Assembly (NCBI GenBank): GCA_044866775.1
Contig: JBIOUG010000097.1
Coordinates: forward strand, 1,852 to 65,851
Length of the DNA: 64,000 nt
Reading direction: 5' to 3'
Source: Thermoanaerobaculia bacterium
GTDB taxonomy: Bacteria > Acidobacteriota > Thermoanaerobaculia > Multivoradales > UBA5704
Below the pieces are notes generated by a model. It was not told the origin of the DNA, did no database searches, and worked only from the letters and a program-made list of their open reading frames with translations. Positions 47,382 through 56,284 of the stretch are shown in pieces; within the stretch, counting starts at the first letter, position 1; each line of letters starts with the position of its first letter. The translations under genes and the position numbers were made by a program.

Positions 47382-49997
47382 ATGATCCCCCTACGTTCAA
47401 GGTTCCGGAGAGGACTCGGCATGGCGCTGCTGTGGACGGCGCTGGCGGCGAGCGCCGCCGTGGCGGCCCGCCCGCGCGCGGCCGTGGGACCGGGCAGCGG
47501 CCCCAAGTGCCTGCCGACCTGCAGCGCCGCCGACGGCCGCTTCCTCACCATCGCCGGCCAGAACTTCGTCACCCTCTCGGACACCGTGTTCACGCTCAAG
47601 ATCGGGGTGCCGGCGGGCGCCGCCACCTTCAGCGTCGGCTTCTTCGACGGCGAAAGCGGCGGCCTCAGCCTCGGGGGCTCGCACTGGGACAACGGCGTGC
47701 TGGCGGAGTACCACTACCGCCTGTCCTCGGACCCCGACAACGACGGCGTCCCCGACGCGCCGGTCGACCTGGTGCCGGGATTCCCGGCGGTCAGCTCGTT
47801 CGGCATGCCCGACAACGACTGGATCGACTTCACCGTCGCCACCACCCCCGGGGCCCAGGCGCCGAGCGGCAACTACTTCTACGTCCTCGAGATCGAGCTG
47901 CTGAACCCGCTGCTGACGACGCTCAACGCCTTCAAGGTGCGCACCGACGCCGTGGTCTCCGGTCTCGACGTCGAGCCGATCGCGCAGCCCTTCTCCTACA
48001 TCGCCACCTGGACCGGGCTCGCCGACATCACCATCATCTATCCGGGCTTCCCCGCCACCTCACCGACCACCTACGACGGCGTCTTCAGCTTCTGGTTCGA
48101 CGCCCCCCTGCCGCAGCCGGAGATGGCGGTCTGGGACGGCGACTTCGACCGCGGCAAGTTCGACGGCACGCAGCAGGACACCGACGACGCGGACACTCCG
48201 GGCGCTCCTTTCCTGCCGACCTGGGCGACGCCGGACGCCGTGTCCGAAGCCATCGCCGTCGGCGGCATCGGGTCGACCGGCGCGCCGCCGGACGACCGCA
48301 GCAGCGCCGGCACGGGGATCTATTTGGTGCGTCCCCCCTCGGTGCGTTACGAGCTGATCCACGACCTCACCGGCGCCACCTACCTCAACGACAACCCCTC
48401 CGGCAACCAGGAGTGGGAGCAGTTCAAGCTCTCGACCGCTCCGTTCGACGGCTCGGTCATGGATTACAGCGTCGCCGACATCCCGGCCGGCCTCTGGGAG
48501 CTGCGGGCGCAGGGCGTGGACATGCAGAACCTGAACGCCCTGCTCCTCCCCTTCCCGGTGCTCTGCGTCGACGAGCAGGGCGATCCGTGCCAGACGTTGC
48601 GCACGCTGCGCCTCGGCGACACCGTCTTCTCCGATCCCGACGGCGACGGCCTGCAGGACGCAGGCGAGCCGGGCATCCCGGGCGTCACCGTCGAGCTGCT
48701 CGACGCGGCCGGGGCCTTCGTCGCCAGCACGACGACCGATGCCGCCGGCCATTACGACTTCCAGGTGGAAGCGGGGACCTACACGGTGCGGGTGGCGGCG
48801 TCCAACTTCGCGCCCGGCGGCCGCCTCGCCGGCGCCGCTTCGACGACCGGCGGCGAGGAGCTTAGCCGCACGCTCGGCGACGCCATCGACCTCACCTACG
48901 ACTTCGGCTACCGCGGCAGCGGCGCGATCGGCGACTACGTCTGGTTCGACGGCGACGGCGACGGCATCAACGACGAGCCGCCGACCGCCGGTCTGGGCGG
49001 CGTCGTGCTGCGGCTCACCGAGGCCGGCCTCGACGGCGTCTTCGGCACCGGCGACGACATCGCGCTCGGCACGCAGACGACGGCCGCCAGCGGCATCTAT
49101 CCCCTCTTCACCGACCTCCTCGCCGGCCTCTACCGGGTGGACGTCGACGAGGCGACGCTGCCGGCCGGCGTCATGCTGACCACCGCCAACGAGCCGCTCG
49201 CCGTCACCCTGGCCGGCGGCGAGAGCTTCCTCGACGCCGACTTCGGCTACGGCGGCGAGGCCGGGGGCGCGAGCGGGGGCTTGGGCGACCGGGTGTGGCG
49301 CGACACCGACGGCGACGGCGTCCTCGACGCCTTCGAGGTCGGCATCGACGGCGTGCGCGTCGAGCTCGCGGGCGACCTCGACGGCGACGGCATCGCCGAG
49401 CTGACGCGCTTCGACATCACCGAGACGATGGCCGCCGTCGCCGGTCTCTACGGCTTCTCCGACCTGCCCGCCGGCGTCTACACCGTCACCGTCGTGCCCT
49501 CGACCCTGCCGGCCGGCCACGTCCAGACCTTCGACCTCGACGGACTCGCCACCCCGCACACCGCCCGCGTCACGCTAGAGGGTGACGAGACCCGGCTGGA
49601 CGTCGACTTCGGCTACCGCCCGCTGACGGCCCCGGGCGCCGGCACCCCCGGCTTCTGGAAGAACCACCCCGAGGCCTGGCCGGTCGAGACGATCACCATC
49701 GGCGGCGTCACCTACACCAAGGCGCAGGCGATCTGGTGGCTCGGGCAGGACGACAGCCACGACAAGACGATCACCCTCTTCCGCGCGCTGGTGGCGGCCA
49801 AGCTGAACGTGGCGATCGGCAACCCGGTCTCCTGCATCCAGACGGCGCTCGCCGCCGCCGACCAGTGGATGGCGACCTACGGCCCGGTGGGGAGCGGCGT
49901 GCGCGGGTCGAGCGTCGCCTGGAAGCTGGGCGAGCCGCTCTACCTGCGGCTCGACGCCTACAACAACGGGCGGCTGTGCGCGCCGCCGCGCAGCTAG
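47382..49997 (+). CDS. Secreted surface protein with three SdrD B-like domains and a C-terminal TPGFWKNH domain
   Basis: Signal peptide; three [LI]GD.VW/F.D.DGDG..D..E..G..GV...L...DFGY units with DxDxDG Ca-binding loops; GAGAGGAGAG RBS. Confidence 0.85.
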   Translation: MIPLRSRFRRGLGMALLWTALAASAAVAARPRAAVGPGSGPKCLPTCSAADGRFLTIAGQNFVTLSDTVFTLKIGVPAGAATFSVGFFDGESGGLSLGGSHWDNGVLAEYHYRLSSDPDNDGVPDAPVDLVPGFPAVSSFGMPDNDWIDFTVATTPGAQAPSGNYFYVLEIELLNPLLTTLNAFKVRTDAVVSGLDVEPIAQPFSYIATWTGLADITIIYPGFPATSPTTYDGVFSFWFDAPLPQPEMAVWDGDFDRGKFDGTQQDTDDADTPGAPFLPTWATPDAVSEAIAVGGIGSTGAPPDDRSSAGTGIYLVRPPSVRYELIHDLTGATYLNDNPSGNQEWEQFKLSTAPFDGSVMDYSVADIPAGLWELRAQGVDMQNLNALLLPFPVLCVDEQGDPCQTLRTLRLGDTVFSDPDGDGLQDAGEPGIPGVTVELLDAAGAFVASTTTDAAGHYDFQVEAGTYTVRVAASNFAPGGRLAGAASTTGGEELSRTLGDAIDLTYDFGYRGSGAIGDYVWFDGDGDGINDEPPTAGLGGVVLRLTEAGLDGVFGTGDDIALGTQTTAASGIYPLFTDLLAGLYRVDVDEATLPAGVMLTTANEPLAVTLAGGESFLDADFGYGGEAGGASGGLGDRVWRDTDGDGVLDAFEVGIDGVRVELAGDLDGDGIAELTRFDITETMAAVAGLYGFSDLPAGVYTVTVVPSTLPAGHVQTFDLDGLATPHTARVTLEGDETRLDVDFGYRPLTAPGAGTPGFWKNHPEAWPVETITIGGVTYTKAQAIWWLGQDDSHDKTITLFRALVAAKLNVAIGNPVSCIQTALAAADQWMATYGPVGSGVRGSSVAWKLGEPLYLRLDAYNNGRLCAPPRS

Positions 49998-50012
49998 GCG
50001 AAAGGAGGCGAC

Positions 50013-51548
50013 GTGCGCAGCCGGCCCTTCATCTGTGTGACCTTGCCCGTGGCGCTCTCCGTCTCGGTGCTGAGCGCCGCCGCCCGCCCGACACTGGCAC
50101 AGGAGCACGTGCCGGGGCAGCTTCTCGTCCGCTTCGCCAACGGCACCTCGGCGCTCGGCAAGCTCCTCACCCACACCCGCTGCGGCGGCACGGCCGTCGA
50201 CCTCCTCGACCTGATCGGAGTCGAGGTGGTGCAGGTCGTGCCGCTCCTCGAGGAGACGGCCGCCTCCTGCTACGGCGGTGACCCGTCCGTCGACTACGCC
50301 GAGCTCGACTACCTGGCGTCGGGCGACGCCACGCCCAACGACCCGTACTACGCCAGCCAGCAGTACGGCCCGCAGAAGGTCCAGGCGCCGGCGGCCTGGG
50401 ACATCACGACCGGCGACACCAACGTGCTGGCCGCCGTGCTCGACAGCGGCGCCGACTTCGCCCACCCCGACCTTGCGGGCAAGCTCGTCTTGGGCTGGGA
50501 CTACGTCAACAACGACTCCGACCCCAGCGACGACCACGGGCACGGCACGCACGTCGCCGGCATCCTCGGCGCCGCCACCAACAACCAGCAGGGCGTGGCG
50601 GGGATCGCCTGGCAGGTGCGCGTGCTGGCGGTCAAGGTACTCGACAAGAACAACAAGGGGAGCTACAGCAACATCGCCAAGGGCATCCTCTACGCCGCCG
50701 ACCAGGGCGCGCGCGTCATCAACCTGAGCCTCGGCGGCACCAGCGCCTCCTCGACGCTCCTCGACGCCGTCGAGTACGGCTGGGGAAAGGGCGCGCTGCT
50801 GGTGGCGGCGGCCGGCAACGGGGCGACGAGCGCTCCTTACTACCCGGCCGCCTACGCGCACGTCGTGGCGGTCGCCGCGACCGACGCCGCCGACGGCCGC
50901 TGGAGCCTCTCGAACTACGGCGACTGGGTGGCGCTCGCGGCGCCGGGCGACACGGTCTACAGCACCAACTGGAAGAGCGGCGTCTCGGGGTACCTGGCGC
51001 GCAGCGGCACCTCGCAGGCGGCCCCGCACGTCAGCGGCGTGGCGGCGCTGCTCCTGGCGCAGAACGGCGGCCGCACCAACGCCGAGCTGCGGACGCTGCT
51101 CGAGTCGACCGCCGACGACCTCGGCGCCGCCGGCCGCGATGTCTACTTCGGCTATGGACGGGTGAACGCCGCCCGCGCCCTCGGCGGCTCGCTCCCTCCA
51201 CCCGGCCAATCGCCGGCGCACATCGGCGACCTCGACGGCAGCGGCGCCGCCGGCGCCAAGAACTGGAAGGCGACGGTGACGGTCGGCGGCCACGACGGCG
51301 GCCACGGCGCTCTCGCCGGGGCGACGGTCTCCGGCGCCTGGGGGGGCGGCACCTCGGGCACCGCCTCGTGCACGACGGACGCGGCTGGCAGCTGCAGCGT
51401 CACCAGCCGCACGATCCAGAACAGCAAGTCCTCGGCGACCTTCACCGTGACGAACGTCAGCCACCCCACGAAGACCTACCAGCCGGCCGGCAATCACGAC
51501 GCCGATGGCGACAGCAACGGCACGCAGATCACCGTCGTCCGTCCCTGA
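50013..51548 (+). CDS. S8 subtilisin/thermitase-like serine protease with C-terminal beta-sandwich domain
   Basis: Signal peptide; catalytic triad VLDSG, HGTHVAG, SGTSQAAPHV; AAAGN oxyanion motif; AAAGGAGG RBS. Confidence 0.93.
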   Translation: MRSRPFICVTLPVALSVSVLSAAARPTLAQEHVPGQLLVRFANGTSALGKLLTHTRCGGTAVDLLDLIGVEVVQVVPLLEETAASCYGGDPSVDYAELDYLASGDATPNDPYYASQQYGPQKVQAPAAWDITTGDTNVLAAVLDSGADFAHPDLAGKLVLGWDYVNNDSDPSDDHGHGTHVAGILGAATNNQQGVAGIAWQVRVLAVKVLDKNNKGSYSNIAKGILYAADQGARVINLSLGGTSASSTLLDAVEYGWGKGALLVAAAGNGATSAPYYPAAYAHVVAVAATDAADGRWSLSNYGDWVALAAPGDTVYSTNWKSGVSGYLARSGTSQAAPHVSGVAALLLAQNGGRTNAELRTLLESTADDLGAAGRDVYFGYGRVNAARALGGSLPPPGQSPAHIGDLDGSGAAGAKNWKATVTVGGHDGGHGALAGATVSGAWGGGTSGTASCTTDAAGSCSVTSRTIQNSKSSATFTVTNVSHPTKTYQPAGNHDADGDSNGTQITVVRP

Positions 51549-51591
51549 ATCCGGGGGCGCCGCCGCAGGCATTCCGTCGCTCGCGGCGCGG

Positions 51592-51873
51592 GTGCGGGTG
51601 CCGGAGTCGGTGCTGTTCTGCGACCTCGACGGCGAGGCGGTGCTCCTCGAGTCGACGAGCGGACGCTACTTCGGCCTCGACGAGGTGGGGACGCGGATCT
51701 GGTCGCTGCTCGCCGCCGACGGCCGGGTCGGAACCGCCTTCGAGGCGCTGCTCGCCGAGTACGAAGTCGAGGCCGACCACCTGCGGCGCGAGCTCCTCGC
51801 TTTCGTCGCCACCCTGGCGGCACGGCGGCTGCTGGCGCTCGAGGCGGTAGGAGTGGCGGAGGAAAGGGCCTGA
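51592..51873 (+). CDS. PqqD-family RiPP recognition element (lasso B1-like); start uncertain
   Basis: LDGEAVLL...GRYFGLDEVGTRIWSLL...LLAEYEV.....ELLAFVATL...LL PqqD pattern. Confidence 0.9.
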   Translation: MRVPESVLFCDLDGEAVLLESTSGRYFGLDEVGTRIWSLLAADGRVGTAFEALLAEYEVEADHLRRELLAFVATLAARRLLALEAVGVAEERA

Positions 51874-53690
51874 GCGCCGTGCGCGGCAGCGTCGACTTCG
51901 CGCGCGCGACGACGGGCGCCGGAGAGCTCGCGGCGACCCTCGCCGGCGCAGTGCGCGGCGGACCGGACGACGGCGTCTGGCTGGCCGCGGACGCCCGGCT
52001 CGACAACCGCCCGGAGCTCCTCGCCACGCTCGGCCTCGCCGCCGCTGCGGACGACTCCCCGACCGACGCCGAGTTGATCCTCGCCGCCTGGCTGCGCTGG
52101 GGCGAAGGGACTCCCGAGCGCCTGCTCGGCGACTTCGCGTTCGCCGTCTGGGAGGCGCGGGCGCGGCGCCTGGTCTGCGTCCGCGACGGGCTGGGGATCA
52201 AGCCCCTGCACTACGCCCGCCCGGGATCGCTTCTCGTCGTCGCTGCGACGGCCGAACAGGTGCTGGAGCATCCGGCGGTGCCGTGCCGGCTCGACGAGAC
52301 GGCGGTCGCGCGCTACCTCGGCTCGCCCACCGACGACCCGGAGCGCAGCTTCTTCGCCGATGTTCACCCGCTGCCGCCCGGCTCGCTCCTCGTCGCCACC
52401 GCCGGCGGCTGCGTCGTGCGGCGCTGGTGGGAGCCGGCGCGCGCGGCGGGAACCGCCGCCCGGCCAGCGGGAGACGACGCCGAGGCGCTGCGCGAGCTGC
52501 TCGGCCGCGCCGTCGCGGACCGGCTGCGCGGCGCGGACGCCGCCGCCGGAATCTCGCTCTCCGGAGGCCTCGACTCGGGTTCGGTCGCAGCCCTCGCCCG
52601 CCGCGCCCTCGCCGGTCGCTCCGGCGCTCCGGCGCTGGTCGCGAGCTCCTGTGTCTTCGCGCGGCTGAAGCGGTGCGACGAGCGCGGCTACCTGCGGGCG
52701 CTCGCCGCCGAGCTCGATCTCGAGCTCGAAGAGGTGGCGGCCGAGCGCCGCTGGTTCCTCGGTCATCCGCAGGCGCTGCGCCCTGCGCTCGAGACTCCCT
52801 TTCAGGGCTGGGAGTGGGCCTTCGGCGAGCTCCTCGGCCGGCTCGCGCGGCGCGGAGTGCGCGTGCTCTTGACGGGCCAGGCCGGCGACGAGCTCCTGGG
52901 CGGCAGCCGGCTCGTCTATGCCGACCGGCTGCTGCGCGGCGACCTCACCGCAGTCCGGGAGATCGCGCGCTATGCCGCCGCGCACCCCGGCATGCGGCGG
53001 CGCATTCTCTATCTCTATTTCGGCCAGCCGCTCCTGCCGCGATGGGCCGACGGCACCCTCCGCAGGCTGCGCGGGTTGCCCACCGACGCTCTTCCTTCCT
53101 GGATCTCTCCCGCCTTCGCGCGCCGCACCGGGCTCGCCGAGCGGGCGCGGCGCCGGCCGGCGCCGGGACGGATGGCGCGCGCGGCGATCTACGCCAGCAC
53201 GGTCGGCGATCCCGCCTACCGGCGCGCGGTTGGCTGGTACGACCGGGTCGCGGCGCCGTACGGCATCGAGGTGCGCCACCCGTTTCTCGACCGCCGGCTG
53301 GTCGAGTTCGTGCTGGCGCTTCCACCCGACCGACTGTTCCGCGCCGGTGGCTGGAAGCCGCTGCTGCGCGAGGCGATGGCGGGAATCCTTCCGGAGATCG
53401 TCCGCCGGCGCCCGGACAAGGCCTCCTTCAGCAGCTTCGTCGATCTCGCGCTGCGGGAGCGCGAGGCGGCGCGCGTCGAGGCTCTGCTGACCGATCCCTT
53501 GGTGGTCGAGCTCGGGTTCGTGGAGGGCGAGCGGCTGCAGGCCTCCTATCGCCGTTACCGTGACGGCGCGCTCGCGGAGGAGCACCTGATGCTGTGGTAC
53601 GTCGTGACGCTCGAGATCTGGCTGCGGCACCACAGTGCGAGGCTCGGGCTCGCCGGCACCGGCCGGCAGGCGCTGCGGCCGGCGGCCTGA
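51870..53690 (+). CDS. Lasso peptide cyclase (asparagine synthase-like isopeptide-bond enzyme)
   Basis: No catalytic Cys1; ADARLDNR, GDFAFAVW, LSGGLDS, TGQAGDE and RHPFLDRRLVEF motifs; lies between RRE and precursor; probable CTG start (track start GTG 51879). Confidence 0.85.
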   Translation: MSAVRGSVDFARATTGAGELAATLAGAVRGGPDDGVWLAADARLDNRPELLATLGLAAAADDSPTDAELILAAWLRWGEGTPERLLGDFAFAVWEARARRLVCVRDGLGIKPLHYARPGSLLVVAATAEQVLEHPAVPCRLDETAVARYLGSPTDDPERSFFADVHPLPPGSLLVATAGGCVVRRWWEPARAAGTAARPAGDDAEALRELLGRAVADRLRGADAAAGISLSGGLDSGSVAALARRALAGRSGAPALVASSCVFARLKRCDERGYLRALAAELDLELEEVAAERRWFLGHPQALRPALETPFQGWEWAFGELLGRLARRGVRVLLTGQAGDELLGGSRLVYADRLLRGDLTAVREIARYAAAHPGMRRRILYLYFGQPLLPRWADGTLRRLRGLPTDALPSWISPAFARRTGLAERARRRPAPGRMARAAIYASTVGDPAYRRAVGWYDRVAAPYGIEVRHPFLDRRLVEFVLALPPDRLFRAGGWKPLLREAMAGILPEIVRRRPDKASFSSFVDLALREREAARVEALLTDPLVVELGFVEGERLQASYRRYRDGALAEEHLMLWYVVTLEIWLRHHSARLGLAGTGRQALRPAA

Positions 53691-53707
53691 GCGAGCGAGG
53701 ACGAGCC

Positions 53708-53908
53708 GTGGCGAGAGCGAACGACCGGTCCCGTGAGCGCGCAGGCGAGCGGCGGCACGCCCCGGCGCCAGTCCCACCGGCAGGCCAGCGCCGTAAGCCC
53801 TGGCGCCGGCCGGAGCTCCTCGAATGGGGCTCTCTCGGCGACCTGACCCATGGTCCCCTGGCTCCGCCCGAGGACTTCCCCAACCCCGGCGGCTCGCAGC
53901 CGGTCTAG
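53708..53908 (+). CDS. Lasso peptide precursor (leader ...KPWRRPELLEWGSLGDLTH; core GPLAPPEDFPNPGGSQPV)
   Basis: WxxPxL RRE-binding motif, G..x4..T(-2), core Gly1 with E7/D8; GAGGA RBS then GTG. Confidence 0.82.
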   Translation: MARANDRSRERAGERRHAPAPVPPAGQRRKPWRRPELLEWGSLGDLTHGPLAPPEDFPNPGGSQPV

Positions 53909-53924
53909 CGAGGCGCGTTCCGGC

Positions 53925-54956
53925 GTGCGTACCTGGCGTCTCTTCGACCTCAGCCTCGCGAGCGACTTTCCGTTCGCCAGCGCGCTCGCCGCGCCCGGCG
54001 CGAAGGCGCTGGCCCCGGGCTCGGACCGCGGTCGCCCCGACCTGACCTTCTCCCACACCGGCGGCTCCCCTGCCGCGGGCGACCTCGCCGGCCGCGCGCC
54101 GCTCTACACGACGCCCTTCCGCGGCCGCGACGGCTCGCCGTACTGCCGCCTCTACCGCACGCCCGCCGGCGCGGCGCTGCGCTTCGCAGGCACCGACTTC
54201 CACCTCGGCGCCCGGGAGATCCGCGCCCGCGGCACGGCGCCTGCCGCGGAGGTCGAGGAGCAGCTCCTAGGGCCGGTGCTCGCCTTTTGGCTCGAGCAGC
54301 GGGGAATCGTCGCGCTCCACGCTTCGGCGGTGGCGCTGGACGGCGCCGCCGTCGCCTTCCTCGCCCCGAGCGGCGCCGGCAAGAGCTCGCTCGCCGCGGC
54401 GCTCGTCGCGACGGGAGGCGAGCTGGTGACCGACGACGTGCTCGCCGTCGACGAGCGCGGCGGCCGGCCGCACGCCCGCGCCGGCTACCCGCAGCTCCGC
54501 CTGGCGCCGAGCGCGGCGGCGCGCTGGGCCGGCGGCCGCGTGGCGGCGCCGCGGCGCGACGGCGACAAGTGCCGCGTGCCGGTCGGCGACGGCGGCTGGG
54601 GCGCCTTCTGCGGCGCGCCCGTGCCGCTCGCGCGCCTCGTGCTGCCGAGGCGCGGCGGCCCGGCGGCGGCGGTCGAGCTCGCGCCGCTCGGCCGGTGCGA
54701 GGCGCTGATCGAGCTGGTACGGCACTCGTACACCCCGCGACTGACGGAGGCGGCGGGGCTGCAGCCGGCGCGCTTGGCGCGGCTGGCGCGGCTCGTCGCG
54801 CAGGTGCCGGCGCGGCTGCTGGTCTATCCGTCCGGTTACGACCGCCTGCCCGAGGTCGTCGCGGCGCTGCGGCGCGAGCTCGCGGCGAGCGCGGCGGCGG
54901 CGGCGGACGGCGTGCTAGGATCGCCGCATCGCTTCAAGGCGGCACCACCGAGCTGA
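53925..54956 (+). CDS. HPr-kinase-related kinase (PadeK/lasso-associated type)
   Basis: LHASAV, APSGAGKSS P-loop, LVTDD and PQLRL motifs. Confidence 0.85.
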   Translation: MRTWRLFDLSLASDFPFASALAAPGAKALAPGSDRGRPDLTFSHTGGSPAAGDLAGRAPLYTTPFRGRDGSPYCRLYRTPAGAALRFAGTDFHLGAREIRARGTAPAAEVEEQLLGPVLAFWLEQRGIVALHASAVALDGAAVAFLAPSGAGKSSLAAALVATGGELVTDDVLAVDERGGRPHARAGYPQLRLAPSAAARWAGGRVAAPRRDGDKCRVPVGDGGWGAFCGAPVPLARLVLPRRGGPAAAVELAPLGRCEALIELVRHSYTPRLTEAAGLQPARLARLARLVAQVPARLLVYPSGYDRLPEVVAALRRELAASAAAAADGVLGSPHRFKAAPPS

Positions 54957-55013
54957 ACGAGGGGGACGGCGCTCGCAGGGGGCGTGCTGTAGGCAAACCA
55001 CAAGGAGGAGAGG

Positions 55014-55583
55014 ATGAAGCGTTGGCTGACGATTGCCGCCCTCACGGGGAGCCTCCTCGTGCTCGGCGGGCCCGCGATGGCACAGGTCGAGGAGTACGAG
55101 GGAGACAACCAGCACCGCATGGCGCTGGCGATCGGGGCGGGGCTGGTCGAGCCGGGCGAAGAGGTGGAGACCTATCTCATGGCAGCGCTGCGCATCCGCG
55201 TCGGCGGGCGGACCGACAACCAGCGCGGGCAGCGGCCCAACGAAGGGGTCGAGGCGCACCTCGAGCCGGAGATCGGCTATTGGGAGAACGACAAGGGGGC
55301 GAGCGACCTGCTGGCGGGGGTCAACCTGATCGGCGTCGTCCCCTTCGGCAACGTCGACAGCTTCTTCGGCGTCGGCGCCGGCCTGCACTTCGTCGACGGC
55401 GAGCTGCTCTCAACGCCGGACGAGGACAGCGCGACCAAGATCGGCGCCAACTCGCAGTTCGGCATCGACGTCTATCTCTCCGACAGTTGGAGCCTCTTCG
55501 GCACCGGCCGCTTCGACCTGGTGCAGGACGCCCAGGACGACATCCAGGGGAAGATCTACCTCGGAGTGCGCGGGCGGTTCTAG
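55014..55583 (+). CDS. Small outer-membrane beta-barrel protein (OmpA/OmpW-like)
   Basis: Signal peptide, GVGAGLH and FGIDVYL strands, C-terminal GVRGRF; AGGAGAGG RBS. Confidence 0.82.
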   Translation: MKRWLTIAALTGSLLVLGGPAMAQVEEYEGDNQHRMALAIGAGLVEPGEEVETYLMAALRIRVGGRTDNQRGQRPNEGVEAHLEPEIGYWENDKGASDLLAGVNLIGVVPFGNVDSFFGVGAGLHFVDGELLSTPDEDSATKIGANSQFGIDVYLSDSWSLFGTGRFDLVQDAQDDIQGKIYLGVRGRF

Positions 55584-56032
55584 CTGGCCTCCGGGTCGGG
55601 CGGCGTCTCGATGCTCGCGGCAGCCGCCGGCGGTTGCTCCTTGCGCCGCGTCGAGCGCCGCCGGCGCGGGTTCACGCCGTAGGCGATGAGGCGCTCGCTC
55701 TCCGGGCCGTAGTGGCCCTGCAGCGCGGCGACGATGCGGTTGCGCAGCCGCCGCAGGCGCAACGTCGAATCCTGCCGCCGCCGGGTCAGCTCGCGCAGCC
55801 GCGCGGTCGCCGTCGCGTGTTCCTGATCGATCGCGATCATCTCCGCCAGCTCCTTGCCGAGAGCGGCGTGATCGTGCCGCACGTGCGGCACCTCGTCGAG
55901 CGCGCGCTCCACCTCCGCGTACAGGTAGCGCCAGTGCTTGAGCTTGTCGGACGACCGCCGGGCGGCGTAGACGACCGTCGTGCGCGACGTACGACGGTCG
56001 GTTGCCGCGCATGACGGCCGCCTGCGGCGCAC
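55580..56032 (-). CDS. Small coiled-coil hypothetical protein with basic tail; 5' end overlaps the 20-bp array, start uncertain
   Basis: Heptad helix ending HYGPESERLIAYGVNPRRRR; good codon bias from ~55950 to 55580. Confidence 0.6.
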   Translation of the reverse strand: MRRRRPSCAATDRRTSRTTVVYAARRSSDKLKHWRYLYAEVERALDEVPHVRHDHAALGKELAEMIAIDQEHATATARLRELTRRRQDSTLRLRRLRNRIVAALQGHYGPESERLIAYGVNPRRRRSTRRKEQPPAAAASIETPPDPEAS

Positions 56033-56150
56033 GACGGCCGGTAGCGCCCGCCGAGGATCGGTTGCCGCTCACGACGGTCGTCTATGGCTGACGACGGTCG
56101 TCTGTCGCGCACGACGGTCGTCGGCTCCAAGCGACGAGCGCGCATCGATC
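55951..56150. repeat. 20-bp-period array: conserved ACGAC(G/C)G(T/C)CG + variable 10-mers, 10 units
   Basis: Cores start at 55951, 55971, 55991, 56011, 56031, 56051, 56071, 56091, 56111 and 56131. Confidence 0.85.
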
Positions 56151-56284
56151 GCGACCCGCAGGAGCCTCCGGCGAACGATCTGCGCAGCAGAGCAGCGTTG
56201 TCTAGCCTACACGATGCCGCCTTGCCCGCCAACTTCGCTCCAGCACGCGGCAACTCATGCCGCACGCCCCAAAGTCGGAATGGT

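Noticed and set aside
55951-56150. 20-bp array as a CRISPR array
   Set aside because: Repeat and spacer are only 10 bp each, some spacers resemble each other, and no cas genes are present
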